From positions 1,240,001-1,304,000 of the forward strand of contig CATNEN010000008.1 in assembly GCA_950097015.1 (NCBI GenBank): a DNA stretch of 64,000 nt, written 5' to 3'. Each line of letters begins with the position of its first letter. Position 1 is the first letter of the stretch. Both the position numbers and the translations under genes were made by a program. The DNA comes from Macrostomum hystrix. Lineage: Eukaryota > Animalia > Platyhelminthes. The notes beneath the pieces were generated by a model that saw only the letters and a list, made by a program, of their open reading frames with translations, had not been told where the DNA came from and searched no databases. Positions 23,843 to 36,973 of this stretch are shown piece by piece.

Positions 23843-26800
23843 TTAGTCGCCTCCGTCTATTGAGGGCGCCGGCGGCAGCAGCACTAGCGGCTTCGGCTGA
23901 GCTGTGCCCGGCGGCTTCGGTGGCAACAGCTGCAGCTCGGCGCGCGGGACGCCGACTAAGCCGACGCCCCCGCTGATGTCGCCAGCGCCGGCATTATCGC
24001 CGGCTAGCAGTAGCGGCTGTAAAAGTACATTTCCCGAAGTTGAGGAATGATGCTGTCTGGACTGTCGCTGCTGCTGCTCTTGAAAGGAAGCTGGGCTGTC
24101 AGCTGACGGCTCTTCGTCGGCTGCAACTGCGCTCCACATGCTGTTGAAGCTGCCGGAGGGCGGATAGTTTGATAAAGATTAACCCAATCATGCTAGATTT
24201 GTGGCTCGGAATGTGCAACTGATTTCAGAGATTTGGCTACTGACTCCGGCTCAACTCATTTGTATCCCTTCAGCCACTGTATCAATCCCTTCAGCCACTG
24301 TATCAATCCCTTCAGCCACTGTATCAATCCCTTCAGCTACTGTATCAATCCCTTCAGCCACTGTATCAATCCCTTCAGCCACTGTATCAATCCCTTCAGC
24401 CACTGTATCAATCCCTTCAGCCACTGTATCAATCCCTTCAGCCACTGTATCAATCCCTTCAGCCACTGTATCAATCCCTTCAGCCACTGTATCAATCCCT
24501 TCAGCTACTGTATCAATCCCTTCAACTACTGTATCAATCCCTTCAGCCACTGTATCAATCCCTTCAGCCACTGTATCAATCCCTTCAGCCACTGTATCAA
24601 TCCCTTCAGCCACTGTATCAATCCCTTCAGCTACTGTATCAATCCCTTCAGCTACTGTATCAATCCCTTCAGCCACTGTATCAATCCCTTCAGCCACTGT
24701 ATCAATCCCTTCAGCCACTGCATCAATCCCTTCAGCCACTGCATCAATCCCTTCAGCCACTGCATCAATCACTTCCACCCACTGTATCAATCCCTTCACC
24801 CACTGTATCAATCCCTTCACCCACTGTATCAATCCTTTCACCCTCTCACCAATCCCTTCGTCCTAATCCCCAATTCCTTCACCCTCTCTATCAATCCCTT
24901 CGCCCTCCTAAGCAGCACAGATGCAGTGAAGCAAGGCACGCACAAGCCCCAGACGGAGGAGCCGGCGGTTCGCCGGGTCTCCTGATTGGCCGCGGCCTCG
25001 GATCCGGCAGCCCTATCCCGATTGGCTCGCATCAGTTCAGCGTAGCGCACAGCGTCCTGCAGCTCCATGAGGCGCTCTTTGTACTCGTTGCGCTCCATGA
25101 GGATGCGGGCCATCTCTACCCGGGTGAAACGCTTGCGCTGCGACACCGGCACGGAGCCCTGGCGTGGAGGCGGTGGCGGAGGCGGGTTCAAAGTTGGAAC
25201 CAAGCTCGAATCCTGAAAAAATGTGTCAAAAACAGCCGGCTCACATCCTCATCGTCTCCGCCCTGCTGAGCTCGAAGTCGCGCCTTGAGCTTCTCCATCT
25301 CCTCGCGCATCGTCTTGTTGTCCTCCTCCAGGCAGGCCACCCGCTCCTTCAGCGCGGTCTTGGCGTTCTGCAGACTGTCAACCTCGTCACGTAGCAACTC
25401 CTTTTCGCTGATGTTGGCGGAGGGGTGGCACCAGAAACAGATAGACAGACACCAGAAACAGATAGACAGACACCAGAAACAGATAGACAGACACCAGAAA
25501 CAGATAGACAGACATCAGAAACAGATAGACAGACAACAGAAACAGATAGACAGACACCAGAAACAGATAGACAGACACCAGAAACAGATAGACAGACAAC
25601 AGAAACAGATAGACAGACACCAGAAACAGATAGACAGACACCAGAAACAGATAGACAGACACCAGAAACAGATAGACAGACACCAGAAACAGATAGACAG
25701 ACACCAGAAACAGATAGACAGACACCAGAAACAGATAGACAGACACCAGAAACAGATAGACAGACACCAGAAACAGATAGACAGACACCAGAAACAGATA
25801 GACAGACACCAGAAACAGATAGACAGACACCAGAAACAGATAGACAGACACCAGAAACAGATAGACAGACACCAGAAACAGATAGACAGACACCAGAAAC
25901 AGATAGACAGACACCAGAAACAGATAGACAGACACCAGAAACAGATAGACAGACACCAGAAACAGATAGACAGACACCAGAAACAGATAGACAGACATCA
26001 GAAACAGATAGAGACACCAGAAACAGATAGACAGACACCAGAAACAGATAGACAGACACCAGAAACAGATAGACAGACAACAGAAACAGATAGACAGACA
26101 TCAGAAACAGATAGACAGACATGTAGAACAGATGCTTAAAAATGTAAGTAAAACTCTTTGACTACACAAATTCACTGTAACACTAAACATACCCAGTCAG
26201 TTCGTCCACCTTAGCAATTAAATCGTCTTTGACAATATTCAAAGCGTTCCTAAAATGAATAGGATTAATAGAAGAGGATTCAGTAATATTTATTATCTCA
26301 AATATAATACCTTAAGACGAGTAGAAATATGCACATGTACAAGTACTTACTTAGTCTCAATGAGATCCATGTTCTCCTTGATGAGATTTTCTATCTCTCG
26401 ATCCACGCCTGTAATAAAATTATTTCTTAGGTTTGTTAACTATTTGTTCAATTTGACATTAATCCAACGCATGAGTTATTCTGTATATTGATAATTGACA
26501 AATTAATATGGAATTACAGAAAACTAAGGGAGTTCTACTGCAAGTGCAAGTGGAAGTGACGAGATTAAAGGATAGGGGTGAGAAGTGACGAGATTAAAGG
26601 ATAAGTGTGGGAAGTGACGAGATTAAAGGATGGGGGTGGGAAGTGACGAGATTAAAGGATAGGGGTGGGAAGTGAAGAGATTAAAGGATGGGGGTGGGAA
26701 GTGACGAGATTAAAGGATAGGGGTGGGAAGTGAAGAGATTAAATGATAGGGGTGGGAAGTGACGGGATTAAAGGATGGGGGTGGGAAGTGAAGAGATTAA

Positions 26801-29800
26801 ATGATAGGGGTGGGAAGTGACGAGATTAAAGGATAGGGGTGGGAAGTGACGGGATTAAAGGATAGGGGTGGGAAGTGACGAGATTAAAGGATAGGGCTGG
26901 GAAGTGACGGGATTAAAGGATGGGGGTGGGAAGTGAAGATATTAAATGATAGGGGTGGGAAGTGAAGAGATTAAATGATAGGGGTGGGAAGTGACGGGAT
27001 TAAAGGATGGGGGTGGGAAGTGAAGAGATTAAATGATAGGGGTGGGAAGTGACGAGATTAAAGGATAGGGGTGGGAAGTGACGGGATTAAAGGATAGGGG
27101 TGGGAAGTGACGAGATTAAAGGATAGGGCTGGGAAGTGACGGGATTAAAGGATGGGGGTGGGAAGTGACGAGATTAAAGGATGGGGGTGGGAAGTGACGA
27201 GATTAAAGGATAGGGGTGGGAAGTGAAGAGATTAAAGGATGGGGGTGGGAAGTGACGAGATTAAAGGATAGGGGTGGGAAGTGAAGAGATTAAATGATAG
27301 GGGTGGGAAGTGACGGGATTAAAGGATGGGGGTGGGAAGTGAAGAGATTAAATGATAGGGGTGGGAAGTGACGAGATTAAAGGATAGGGGTGGGAAGTGA
27401 CGGGATTAAAGGATAGGGGTGGGAAGTGACGAGATTAAAGGATAGGGCTGGGAAGTGACGGGATTAAAGGATGGGGGTGGGAAGTGAAGAGATTAAATGA
27501 TAGGGGTGGGAAGTGAAGAGATTAAATGATAGGGGTGGGAAGTGACGGGATTAAAGGATGGGGGTGGGAAGTGAAGAGATTAAATGATAGGGGTGGGAAG
27601 TGACGAGATTAAAGGATAGGGGTGGGAAGTGACGGGATTAAAGGATAGGGGTGGGAAGTGACGAGATTAAAGGATAGGGCTGGGAAGTGACGGGATTAAA
27701 GGATGGGGGTGGGAAGTGAAGAGATTAAATGATAGGGGTGGGAAGTGACGAGATTTAAGGATAGGGGTGGGAAGTGACGGGATTAAAGGATGGGGATGGG
27801 AAGTGACGGGATTAAAGGATGGGGGTGGGAAGTGAAGAGATTAAATGATAGGGGTGGGAAGTGACGAGATTTAAGGATAGGGCTGGGAAGTGACGAGATT
27901 AAAGGATAGGGCTGGGAAGTGACGGGATTAAAGGATGGGGATGGGAAGTGACAAAATTAAAGGATAGGGCTGGGAAGTGACGAGATTAAAGGATAGGGGT
28001 GGGAAGTGACGAGATTAAATGATAGGGGTGGGAAGTGACGAGATTAAAGGATAGGGGTGAGAAGTGACGAGATTAAAGGATAGGGCTGGGAAGTGACGGG
28101 ATTAAAGGATAGGGGTGGAAAGTGACGAGATTAAAGGATAGGGCTGGGAAGTGACGGGATTAAAGGATAGGGCTGGGAAGTGACGAGATTAAAGGATAGG
28201 GGTGGGAAGTGACGAGATTAAAGGATAGGGGTGGGAAGTGACGAGATTAAAGGATAGGTGTGGAAAGTGACGAGATTAAAGGATAGGGGTGGAAAGTGAC
28301 GAGATTAAAGGATAGGGCTGGGAAGTGACGGGATTAAAGGATAGGGCTGGGAAGTGACGAGATTAAAGGAAAGGGGTGGGAAGTGACGAGATTAAAGGAT
28401 AGGGCTGGGAAGTGACGGGATTAAAGGATAGGGCTGGGAAGTGACGAGATTAAAGGATAGGGGTGGAAAGTGACGAGATTAAAGGATAGGGGTGGGAAGT
28501 GACGGGATTAAAGGATAGGGGTGGGAAGTGACGAGATTAAAGGATAGGGCTGGGAAGTGACGGGATTAAAGGATGGGGGTGGGAAGTGAAGAGATTAAAT
28601 GATAGGGGTGGGAAGTGACGAGATTTAAGGATAGGGGTGGGAAGTGACGGGATTAAAGGATGGGGATGGGAAGTGACGGGATTAAAGGATGGGGGTGGGA
28701 AGTGAAGAGATTAAATGATAGGGGTGGGAAGTGACGAGATTTAAGGATAGGGCTGGGAAGTGACGAGATTAAAGGATAGGGCTGGGAAGTGACGGGATTA
28801 AAGGATAGGGGTGGGAAGTGACGAGATTAAATGATAGGGGTGGGAAGTGACGAGATTAAAGGATAGGGGTGGGAAGTGACGAGATTAAAGGATAGGGGTG
28901 GAAAGTGACGAGATTAAAGGATAGGGCTGGGAAGTGACGAGATTAAAGGATAGGGGTGGGAAGTGACGAGATTAAAGGATAGGGGTGGGAAGTGACGAGA
29001 TTAAAGGATAGGGGTGGGAAGTGACGAGATTAAAGGATAGGGCTGGGAAGTGACGAGATTAAAGGATAGGGGTGGGAAGTGACGAGATTAAAGGATAGGG
29101 GTGGGAAGTGACGAGATTAAAGGATAGGGCTGGGAAGTGACGAGATTAAAGGATAGGGCTGGGAAGTGACGGGATTAAAGGATGGGGCTGGGAAGTGACG
29201 GGATTAAAGGATGGGGATGGGAAGTGACAAAATTAAAGGATAGGGCTGGGAAGTGACGAGATTAAAGAATGGGGATGGGAAGTGACGAGATTAAAGGAAG
29301 GGGATGGGAAGTGACGGGATTAAAGGATGGGGATGGGAAGTGACAAAATTAAAGGATAGGGCTGGGAAGTGACGAGATTAAATGATAGGGGTGGGAAGTG
29401 ACGAGATTAAATGATAGGGGTGGGAAGTGACGAGATTAAATGATAGGGGTGGGAAGTGACGAGATTAAAGGATAGGGCTGGGAAGTGACGAGATTAAAGG
29501 ATAGGGGTGGGAAGTGACGAGATTAAATGATAGGGGTGGGAAGTGACGAGATTAAATGATAGGGGTGGGAAGTGACGAGATTAAATGATAGGGGTGGGAA
29601 GTGACGAGATTAAAGGATGGGGATGGGAAGTGACAAAATTAAAGGATAGGGCTGGGAAGTGACGGGATTAAAGGATGGGGATGGGAAGTGACAAAATTAA
29701 AGGATAGGGCTGGGAAGTGACGGGATTAAAGGATAGGGCTGGGAAGTGACGGGATTAAAGGATAGGGGTGGGAAGTGACGAGATTAAATGATAGGGGTGG

Positions 29801-32800
29801 GAAGTGACGAGATTAAAGGATAGGGCTGGGAAGTGACGGGATTAAAGAATAGGGCTGGGAAGTGACGGGATTAAAGGATGGGGATGGGAAGTGACAAAAT
29901 TAAAGGATAGGGCTGGGAAGTAATGGGATTAAAGGATGGGGCTGGGAAGTGACGGGATTAAAGGATAGGGCTGGGAAGTGACGGGATTAAATAATAGGGC
30001 TGGGAAGTGACGAGATTAAAGGATGGGGCTGGGAAGTGACGGGATTAAATAATAGGGCTGGAAAGTGACGAGATTAAAGGATGGGGCTGGGAAGTGACGG
30101 GATTAAATAATAGGGCTGGGAAGTGACGGTATTAAAGGATGGGGATGGGAAGTGACAAAATTAAAGGATAGGGCTGGGAAGTAATGGGATTAAAGGATGG
30201 GGCTGGGAAGTGACGGGATTAAATAATAGGGCTGGGAAGTGACGAGATTAAAGGATGGGGCTGGGAAGTGACGGGATTAAATAATAGGGCTGGAAAGTGA
30301 CGAGATTAAAGGATGGGGCTGGGAAGTGACGGGATTAAATAATAGGGCTGGGAAGTGACGGTATTAAAGGATGGGGATGGGAAGTGACAAAATTAAAGGA
30401 TAGGGCTGGGAAGTGACGGTATTAAAGGATGGGGATGGGAAGTGACAAAATTAAAGGATAGGGCTGGGAAGTAATGGGACTAAAGGATGGGGACGGGAAG
30501 AGATGGGATCAAGGAGGGGAAATGAAAATAGGAGAATAGATAGAAAATGAATACAGTTGTTTGCAGAAGATTTTCTTGTAGCCGAATAAAGTTTAGCATA
30601 CACTGCAAGAGAATCTACAGCTTTGGGAATGGAAGGTATATAAGATGCAAACATAAATACGTAGGTGGCTAGTTGCTAGATAGGCGTACCACCATAATAG
30701 ATAATTCTAATAAAAGCTTGAGAGTGAAATCAACTAGACCAGAGTGACAAATAAGTATGCTTATCAAAGGGATACACTTAAGGTGCAAATATACACTCCG
30801 ATTTAACATTTTAATTAAACCGTATTTCTCAGAAATACCTGAAGCAAAGTAGTCTAAAAATTCACGAGTCAGTTGAAGGTGTAGAAACGAAAATAATTAA
30901 TCGATTTCAATTTAGAAAAGTACATATCATCTGTACTTTTAGCATAACATATAAAAGGAAATTACAGAAACAAAAATCACATGTACAACAAAGTTTTTTT
31001 ATAAATCAAATTAAACTAAACATAGCGATGCGGTTCTTTTCTTACCGAACATGTCGTTAGGGTTGACACCTGACAAAAATTAACAAAGTTATTATTTTGT
31101 TTTTTTTCATAAATCAAGAGCCGGGTGGTGGGTGTGGGCCTGATGTTGGAGGGGGCAGAGTGTACAATGGGAGTGGGGTGGTGGGTGTGGGCCTAGGAGT
31201 GGGGTGGTGGGTGTGGGCCTGATGTTGGAGGGGCAGAGTGTACAATGGGAGTGTGGTGGTATGTGTGGGCCTAGGAGTGGGGTGGTGGGTGTGGGCCTGA
31301 TGTTGGAGGGGCAGAGTGTACAATGGGAGTGGGGTGGTGGGTGTGGGCCTGATGTTGGCGAGGGCAGAGTGTACAATGGGAGTGGGGTGGTGGGTGTGGG
31401 CCTGATGTTGGCGAGGACGGTGTGTACAATAGGAGTGGGGTGGTGGGTGCGGGCCTGATATTGGAGGGGGCAGAGTGTACAATAGGAGTGGGGTGGTGGG
31501 TTCGGGCCTGTGATGTTGGCGAGGGCAGAGTGTACAATTGGAGTGGGGTTGTGGGTGCGGGCCTGATATTGGAGGGGGCAGAGTGTACAATGGGAGTGGG
31601 GTGGTGGGTGTGGGCCTGATGTTGGAGGGGCAGAGTGTACAATGGGAGTGGGGTGGTGGGTGTGGGCCTGATGTTGGAGGGGCAGAGTGTACAATGGGAG
31701 TGGGGTGGTGGGTGTGGGCCTGAAGTTGGCGAGGGCAGAGTGTACAATGGGAGTGGGGTGGTGGGTGTGGGCCTGATGTTGGCGAGGACGGTGTGTACAA
31801 TAGGAGTGGGGTGGTGGGTGCGGGCCTGATATTGGAGGGGGCAGAGTGTACAATAGGAGTGGGGTGGTGGGTTCGGGCCTGTGATGTTGGCGAGGGCAGA
31901 GTGTACAATTGGAGTGGGGTTGTGGGTGCGGGCCTGATATTGGAGGGGGCAGAGTGTACAATGGGAGTGGGGTGGTGGGTGTGGGCCTGATGTTGGAGGG
32001 GCAGAGTGTACAATGGGAGTGGGGTGGTGGGTGTGGGCCTGATGTTGGAGGGGCAGAGTGTACAATGGGAGTGGGGTGGTGGGTGTGGGCCTGATGTTGG
32101 AGGGGCAGAGTGTACAATGGGAGTGGGGTGGTGGGTGTGGGCCTGAAGTTGGCGAGGGCAGAGTGTACAATGGGAGTGGGGTGGTGGGTGTGGGCCTGAT
32201 GTTGGCGAGGACGGTGTGTACAATAGGAGTGGGGTGGTGGGTGCGGGCCTGATATTGGAGGGGGCAGAGTGTACAATAGGAGTGGGGTGGTGGGTTCGGG
32301 CCTGTGATGTTGGCGAGGGCAGAGTGTACAATTGGAGTGGGGTTGTGGGTGCGGGCCTGATATTGGAGGGGGCAGAGTGTACAATGGGAGTGGGGTGGTG
32401 GGTGTGGGCCTGATGTTGGAGGGGCAGAGTGTACAATGGGAGTGGGGTGGTGGGTGTGGGCCTGATGTTGGAGGGGCAGAGTGTACAATGGGAGTGGGGT
32501 GGTGGGTGTGGGCCTGAAGTTGGCGAGGGCAGAGTGTACAATGGGAGTGGGGTGGTGGGTGTGGGCCTGATGTTGGCGAGGACGGTGTGTACAATTGGAG
32601 TGGGGTGGTGGGTGCAGGCCTGATATTGGAGGGGGCAGAGTGTACAATAGGAGTGGGGTGGTGGGTGCGGGCCTGATATTGGAGGGGGCAGAGTGTACAA
32701 TAGGAGTGGGGTGGTGGGTGTGGGCCTGATGTTGGCGAGGACGGTGTGTACAATTGGAGTGGGGTGGTGGGTGCAGGCCTGATATTGGAGGGGGCAGAGT

Positions 32801-35735
32801 GTACAATGGGAGTGGGGTGGTGGGTGCGGGCCTGATATTGGAGGGGGCAGAGTGTACAATAGGAGTGGGGTGGTGGGTGTGGGCCTGATGTTGGCGAGGG
32901 CAGAGTGTACAATGGGAGTGGGGTGGTGGGTGTGGGCCTGATGTTGGCGAGGACGGTGTGTACAATTGGAGTGGGGTGGTGGGTGCAGGCCTGATATTGG
33001 AGGGGGCAGAGTGTACAATAGGAGTGGGGTGGTGGGTGCGGGCCTGATATTGGAGGGGGCAGAGTGTACAATGGGAGTGGGGTGGTGGGTGTGGGCCTGA
33101 TGTTGGAGAGGGCAGAGTGTACAATGGGAGTGGGGTGGTGGGTGCGGGCCTGATATTGGCGAGGGCAGAGTGTACAATTGGAGTGGGGTGTTGGGTGCCG
33201 GCCGAGCTTGGTGTGAGCAGTCTATTCCAAGTGGGTCAAGCGAAAACAGTGGCATAAATAGTTCTTGTTCATGCATTTTTTCTCCCGGAAAAGCGCTTCA
33301 CTAAACTATTAAACGCAATCATTGCCAAGCTTTTTGTTCATTTAGCGAATTTTCTTGCCAAGAGTTCTTAAATAAATTAGCATTTTTTAACAGAAACGAT
33401 TAATGAGAAAGCAACATTACCGCAACAATCAAAATTACTCGATCTTTAAATTCGATAGGGTAACTGAACTCGAAGTTGCTGGATTTAGTAAATAATTACC
33501 TAGAATGTCGACAGAATCATCTGGATCTTCATATTCCAAATCTGCGTAATGTTTTGTTTCATTTTCTAAGTAAACAAGCAAACTAACCAACTGAAAAAAT
33601 GCACAACATGCAGGTGGCGATACTCAAAGGTTTAAAAACTTTATAAAATGTAAATTATTTTAGTATAGCATGCTTTCAATAGATTATTGTTAACGATAAG
33701 TACAACATTCAATGCTGATTTGACAACATAAAAAGCTAATAGCTACTTTAGCTAAGGGACGATTAAATAGTGGAGAATTCCTAGAAATACAAGCTGGGGT
33801 GGGTGGTGGACTTTCTCAGGTTCTTACCGGCTCTGGGACAATTGTGACGTGTGCAGCGACCAGCGCCTTTGGGAATCAAGGCATTATTGTGTGTTCTTTA
33901 AGGCAATACATTCAGCACAAAGCAAATGATCTGGGAAAATAATTCACCATGAGGATCTGGGAAAATAGATGACCAAGCATGAGGATTTGGGATATTTAGT
34001 GGCCTAGTTTCACTAGGAAAGGAAATTTATTTTAGGAAAGAACACAATATTAATTGATTATCGCTAATTTGGCAAGAATTTCACTAAACTCACGCGCAGC
34101 CAAACAAATTCACTAAAAATACCAGCTCAAACTGTGCTCACCAATGTCGCCTTCTTCGCCAAATCCAAGCAGACATTCGGGAGCGTCCTGATCCTCTTCG
34201 TCGACGATTCCGGCAGCGCCGGCGATGGGCACGACGAAGCCCTGCTCGTCCTGCTCGATGACATCAATGTCGTCGAGATCCGGCTCGTCAGCGGCCGCGG
34301 TGGCTCCGGCGCGATCTTCTAGATCGTCTTCATCGTCGCCAACAAGTACGCCAGACTCGAAGGCTGACGAAGGTTGGCGGCGAGCGGTGACAAACGGGCG
34401 GCGCATCTGCTGCTGCTGCTGTTGCTGAGATTGATGCCAAGGGTAACAATTTAAATCGGACATCAGGAAGTAGGTAATTATGACATTAGGGGGTCGGTGG
34501 CAGAGCGGTTAACGCGTTCGCCTCTCGCACCAAGGTCCCTAAGCTCGATTCCGCGTCGAGGCCGCATTAAATTGGGACGCAGCCGCGTAGAGATGGCTTG
34601 GGGCCTTGTCGTGCAATTTACGCCTTTCAGGGCCAACCTCCAAGGCACAGTAAGAGTGTACACTGCCTGATAATGAGAAAGTCAGGGCAGATGTACACCT
34701 GTGTGAGCGTGTGCCTGCGTACATTATCAGTGTGCGGGTGTGCTCAGGAGTCAGCGAAATGGGCTGACTGGCTGCGGGACTAGTGTCACCAAATGATGTG
34801 ACATTGCCAGCAGCCCTCCTGCAATTGTTATTAATATAGCTGTCATTAAATTAGGAGGAAATTATGAAATTCGCACCTGTTCATTAGCTGCGATTAAGGC
34901 TCGAGTCCGATCGACGTGCTCCGTGTGACTGCGCAGAAGCTCCGAGTGGCGCTCGTGCAAGCGTAGAAATTCTCGCCTAGCCTCGGCCTCTTTCTCCTCC
35001 AGCCGGCTGGCCAGTTCGTGCGCATTTCTCGCTTTCAATTCCAACAGGCGCGAGGCGGCCTGAGCGGCTTCGCGTTCTTCGAGTCGACGGACGCGCTCCT
35101 CGGCAATCGCGTCCTCGGCCTGCATTAGCCGCTCCTCGGCCGATTTGCGTTCGCGACGCTCGCGCTCAAACTGTGCGAGGAGCTGGTCGTGATCTTCGCG
35201 CAGCATCTCCTAGCTCAGCTTCCTGACTGCGACGTTCGCTGATGGCTTTCTCCATGCCTTCTAGTACACCGACAACTAAAAGTATGTTATGAAAAGTTTT
35301 TGAGGTTTTCTATAAATTTTGTAAGCTTTCGTAATTTTTCCGGGTTTGTCGTTATTTTCCGTGTTTCAGTTAATTTTCCGGGTTTTCATAATAATTATTT
35401 TGGGTTATTCTAATAATTTGCAGCAATTTCGCACAGATTTAGCATTTTTCGTCTTTTCGCAAAACTAATGAGATTAATGCATAGGTAAAAGTTGGTACGT
35501 GTACAATTGCTACAAGAAATTCACCTAGAGGCATAAGATCTTTAACAACATCTTCATCGTAGCGGCGCATAAGGCTCTCCAGTTCAGTGTAGATTCTGGA
35601 GGCGAGACTTTGAACTCTGTCGGACATCGGCGCGTCCAGTGTAAATGACAACTGCTGCTGAGGCGCGATCGGCGACGATGTCGAAGCTAGATGCACCTCC
35701 GATGGCGAACTTATGCATTCCTCATCATCTGACAT
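23843..35735 (-). CDS. MAPK8IP3: JIP3/JIP4 (MAPK8IP3/SPAG9, unc-16/syd)-like adaptor with RH1, leucine zipper II and RH2; ~581 aa if the 1-nt frameshift at ~35210 is corrected
   Basis: Exons 35735-35525, 35275-34877, 34424-34142, 26408-26351, 26249-26193, 25407-25245, 25212-24944, 24149-23843. Motifs: [17 protein letters not shown]...[14 protein letters not shown] (RH1); [37 protein letters not shown] (LZII); [36 protein letters not shown]...SSVWGFFNSMW (RH2). Confidence 0.88.
24263..24850. repeat. 21-bp intronic minisatellite TGTATCAATCCCTTCAGCCAC
   Basis: About 27 units in the last JIP intron; the overlapping ORFs are artefacts. Confidence 0.96.
25428..26120. repeat. 21-bp intronic minisatellite CACCAGAAACAGATAGACAGA
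   Basis: About 33 units filling the JIP intron 26192-25408. Confidence 0.96.
26556..30510. repeat. 29-bp G-rich minisatellite GGGGTGGGAAGTGACGAGATTAAAGGATA
   Basis: About 135 units, about 4 kb, in JIP intron 3. Confidence 0.98.
31120..33205. repeat. 52-54-bp G-rich minisatellite with higher-order structure
   Basis: Unit GGAGTGGGGTGGTGGGTGTGGGCCTGATGTTGGAGGGGCAGAGTGTACAATG; identical short ORFs recur at 371- and 423-bp spacing. Confidence 0.96.
34489..34830 (+). mobile_element. Near full-length tRNA-derived SINE
   Basis: Head GGGGGTCGGTGGCAGAGCGGTT... with A-box-like TGGCAGAGCGG and B-box-like AGCTCGATTCC; conserved body; 3' end GCCCTCCTGCAAT shared with 60559-60880. Confidence 0.88.
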
Positions 35736-36562
35736 ATTGTTGCCGTGTCAATGATTCACTGTCTGGTGTTAAAATTAGTCTGGCAGATCTGCAAATAGAT
35801 AAACGTGGAGTATTGCAAATATATCTAAAACCCTATCTGTACTTTTACTAAAGGAATGAAATAGGGACTTAACTTAATTATTCAAAAGGTTTAGCAGCTG
35901 ATTGGTTAGATTGGTGTCAGGCCACTACACTAAGTCCTCCTTTGCTGATAGGACAACCGAGAACCTTTAAAAGATCACAAGGGACTTTCATTTCTAAAAT
36001 TGACTACACTATTTATCAGGACTAACTCCTAACAGGCTTGGCAACCATACTCTTGGCTGGATAATTTTGCCTCCCAGAGGTTTTGCCAGTGGGATGACCT
36101 GAACTTGTGCCTCCATCACATCCAACAGATGAACAGGAAATAGCCTCATATAATACTCTAGCTATTTTGAGGGTATTACAGACAGAGAACTGAATTTTAA
36201 GCATGTGCACTAAGCTAGACTACAAATGGCTAAGGCTGCAACTATCACATAATTATACCTACTCCCAGAAGTCAGTTGCTGAGTGTATGTCTAATGCATA
36301 TGGCCATGGGCTAATAACTAATAGCCAAATAATTTAAACTATAGGAACTTGTAGTAGCATAGCTTAATTTGAGATAATGATAAACAGCAAGCCCAATAAT
36401 ATTCTTATTTACAGTGTTTTACTATTAAGGTCAGCTCTATTGAATTAAAAATTACCAAATTGGCAATCTTCAAGAATTGTTTACTAAACTCAAACTCAAA
36501 TTTGCAAGCAAATTTGTAATTAAAAAAACAATGAATGCTAGGATCACATAATACTTGACACT

Positions 36563-36973
36563 GGATCCTAGACACTTTGTCATCTTACAATTTTGTCATC
36601 CACTTGGAAGGTAGGACACTTCGTCATCCAGCCAATTGGCATGCTTTAAAGTTTGGTCAGTTTGTCATCCACAAATAACAAGCAATCAAGTTTGTCATCA
36701 ATAAAGTGAGGGTGGGTGGTGGGGCAGAGGTGTGAACACACTTCACACTCTAAATTGTCAAAAAGAGCTGTCAAAACTGATTTCATTATAAGAGTTGAAA
36801 GATAGGTGCCAACACGATGTGAGGAGGGGTGGTTCTGTTCTAACTTGGAAAATTTTTGTTTTATAGATGACAAAGTGACAAAGTCTAAGTCTTTTCGTCA
36901 TCCACCCTCTGAGATATTGGACAGATTGTCATCTGGATGACGAAGTTGTAAGCTGATGAAGTGTCCAGGTACC
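36563..36973. mobile_element. Mutator (MULE)-like MITE, 411 bp
   Basis: 9-bp direct repeat CTTGACACT at 36554-36562 and 36974-36982. Imperfect ~40-bp TIRs GGATCCTAGACACTTTGTCATCTTACAATTTTGTCATCCA / TGGATGACGAAGTTGTAAGCTGATGAAGTGTCCAGGTACC. Repeated internal GTCATC motifs. Confidence 0.82.

Noticed and set aside
34489-34565. Possible tRNA gene
   Set aside because: The acceptor and T stems do not pair properly, the B-box is degenerate, and the sequence continues into a dispersed repeat body; it is a SINE head.
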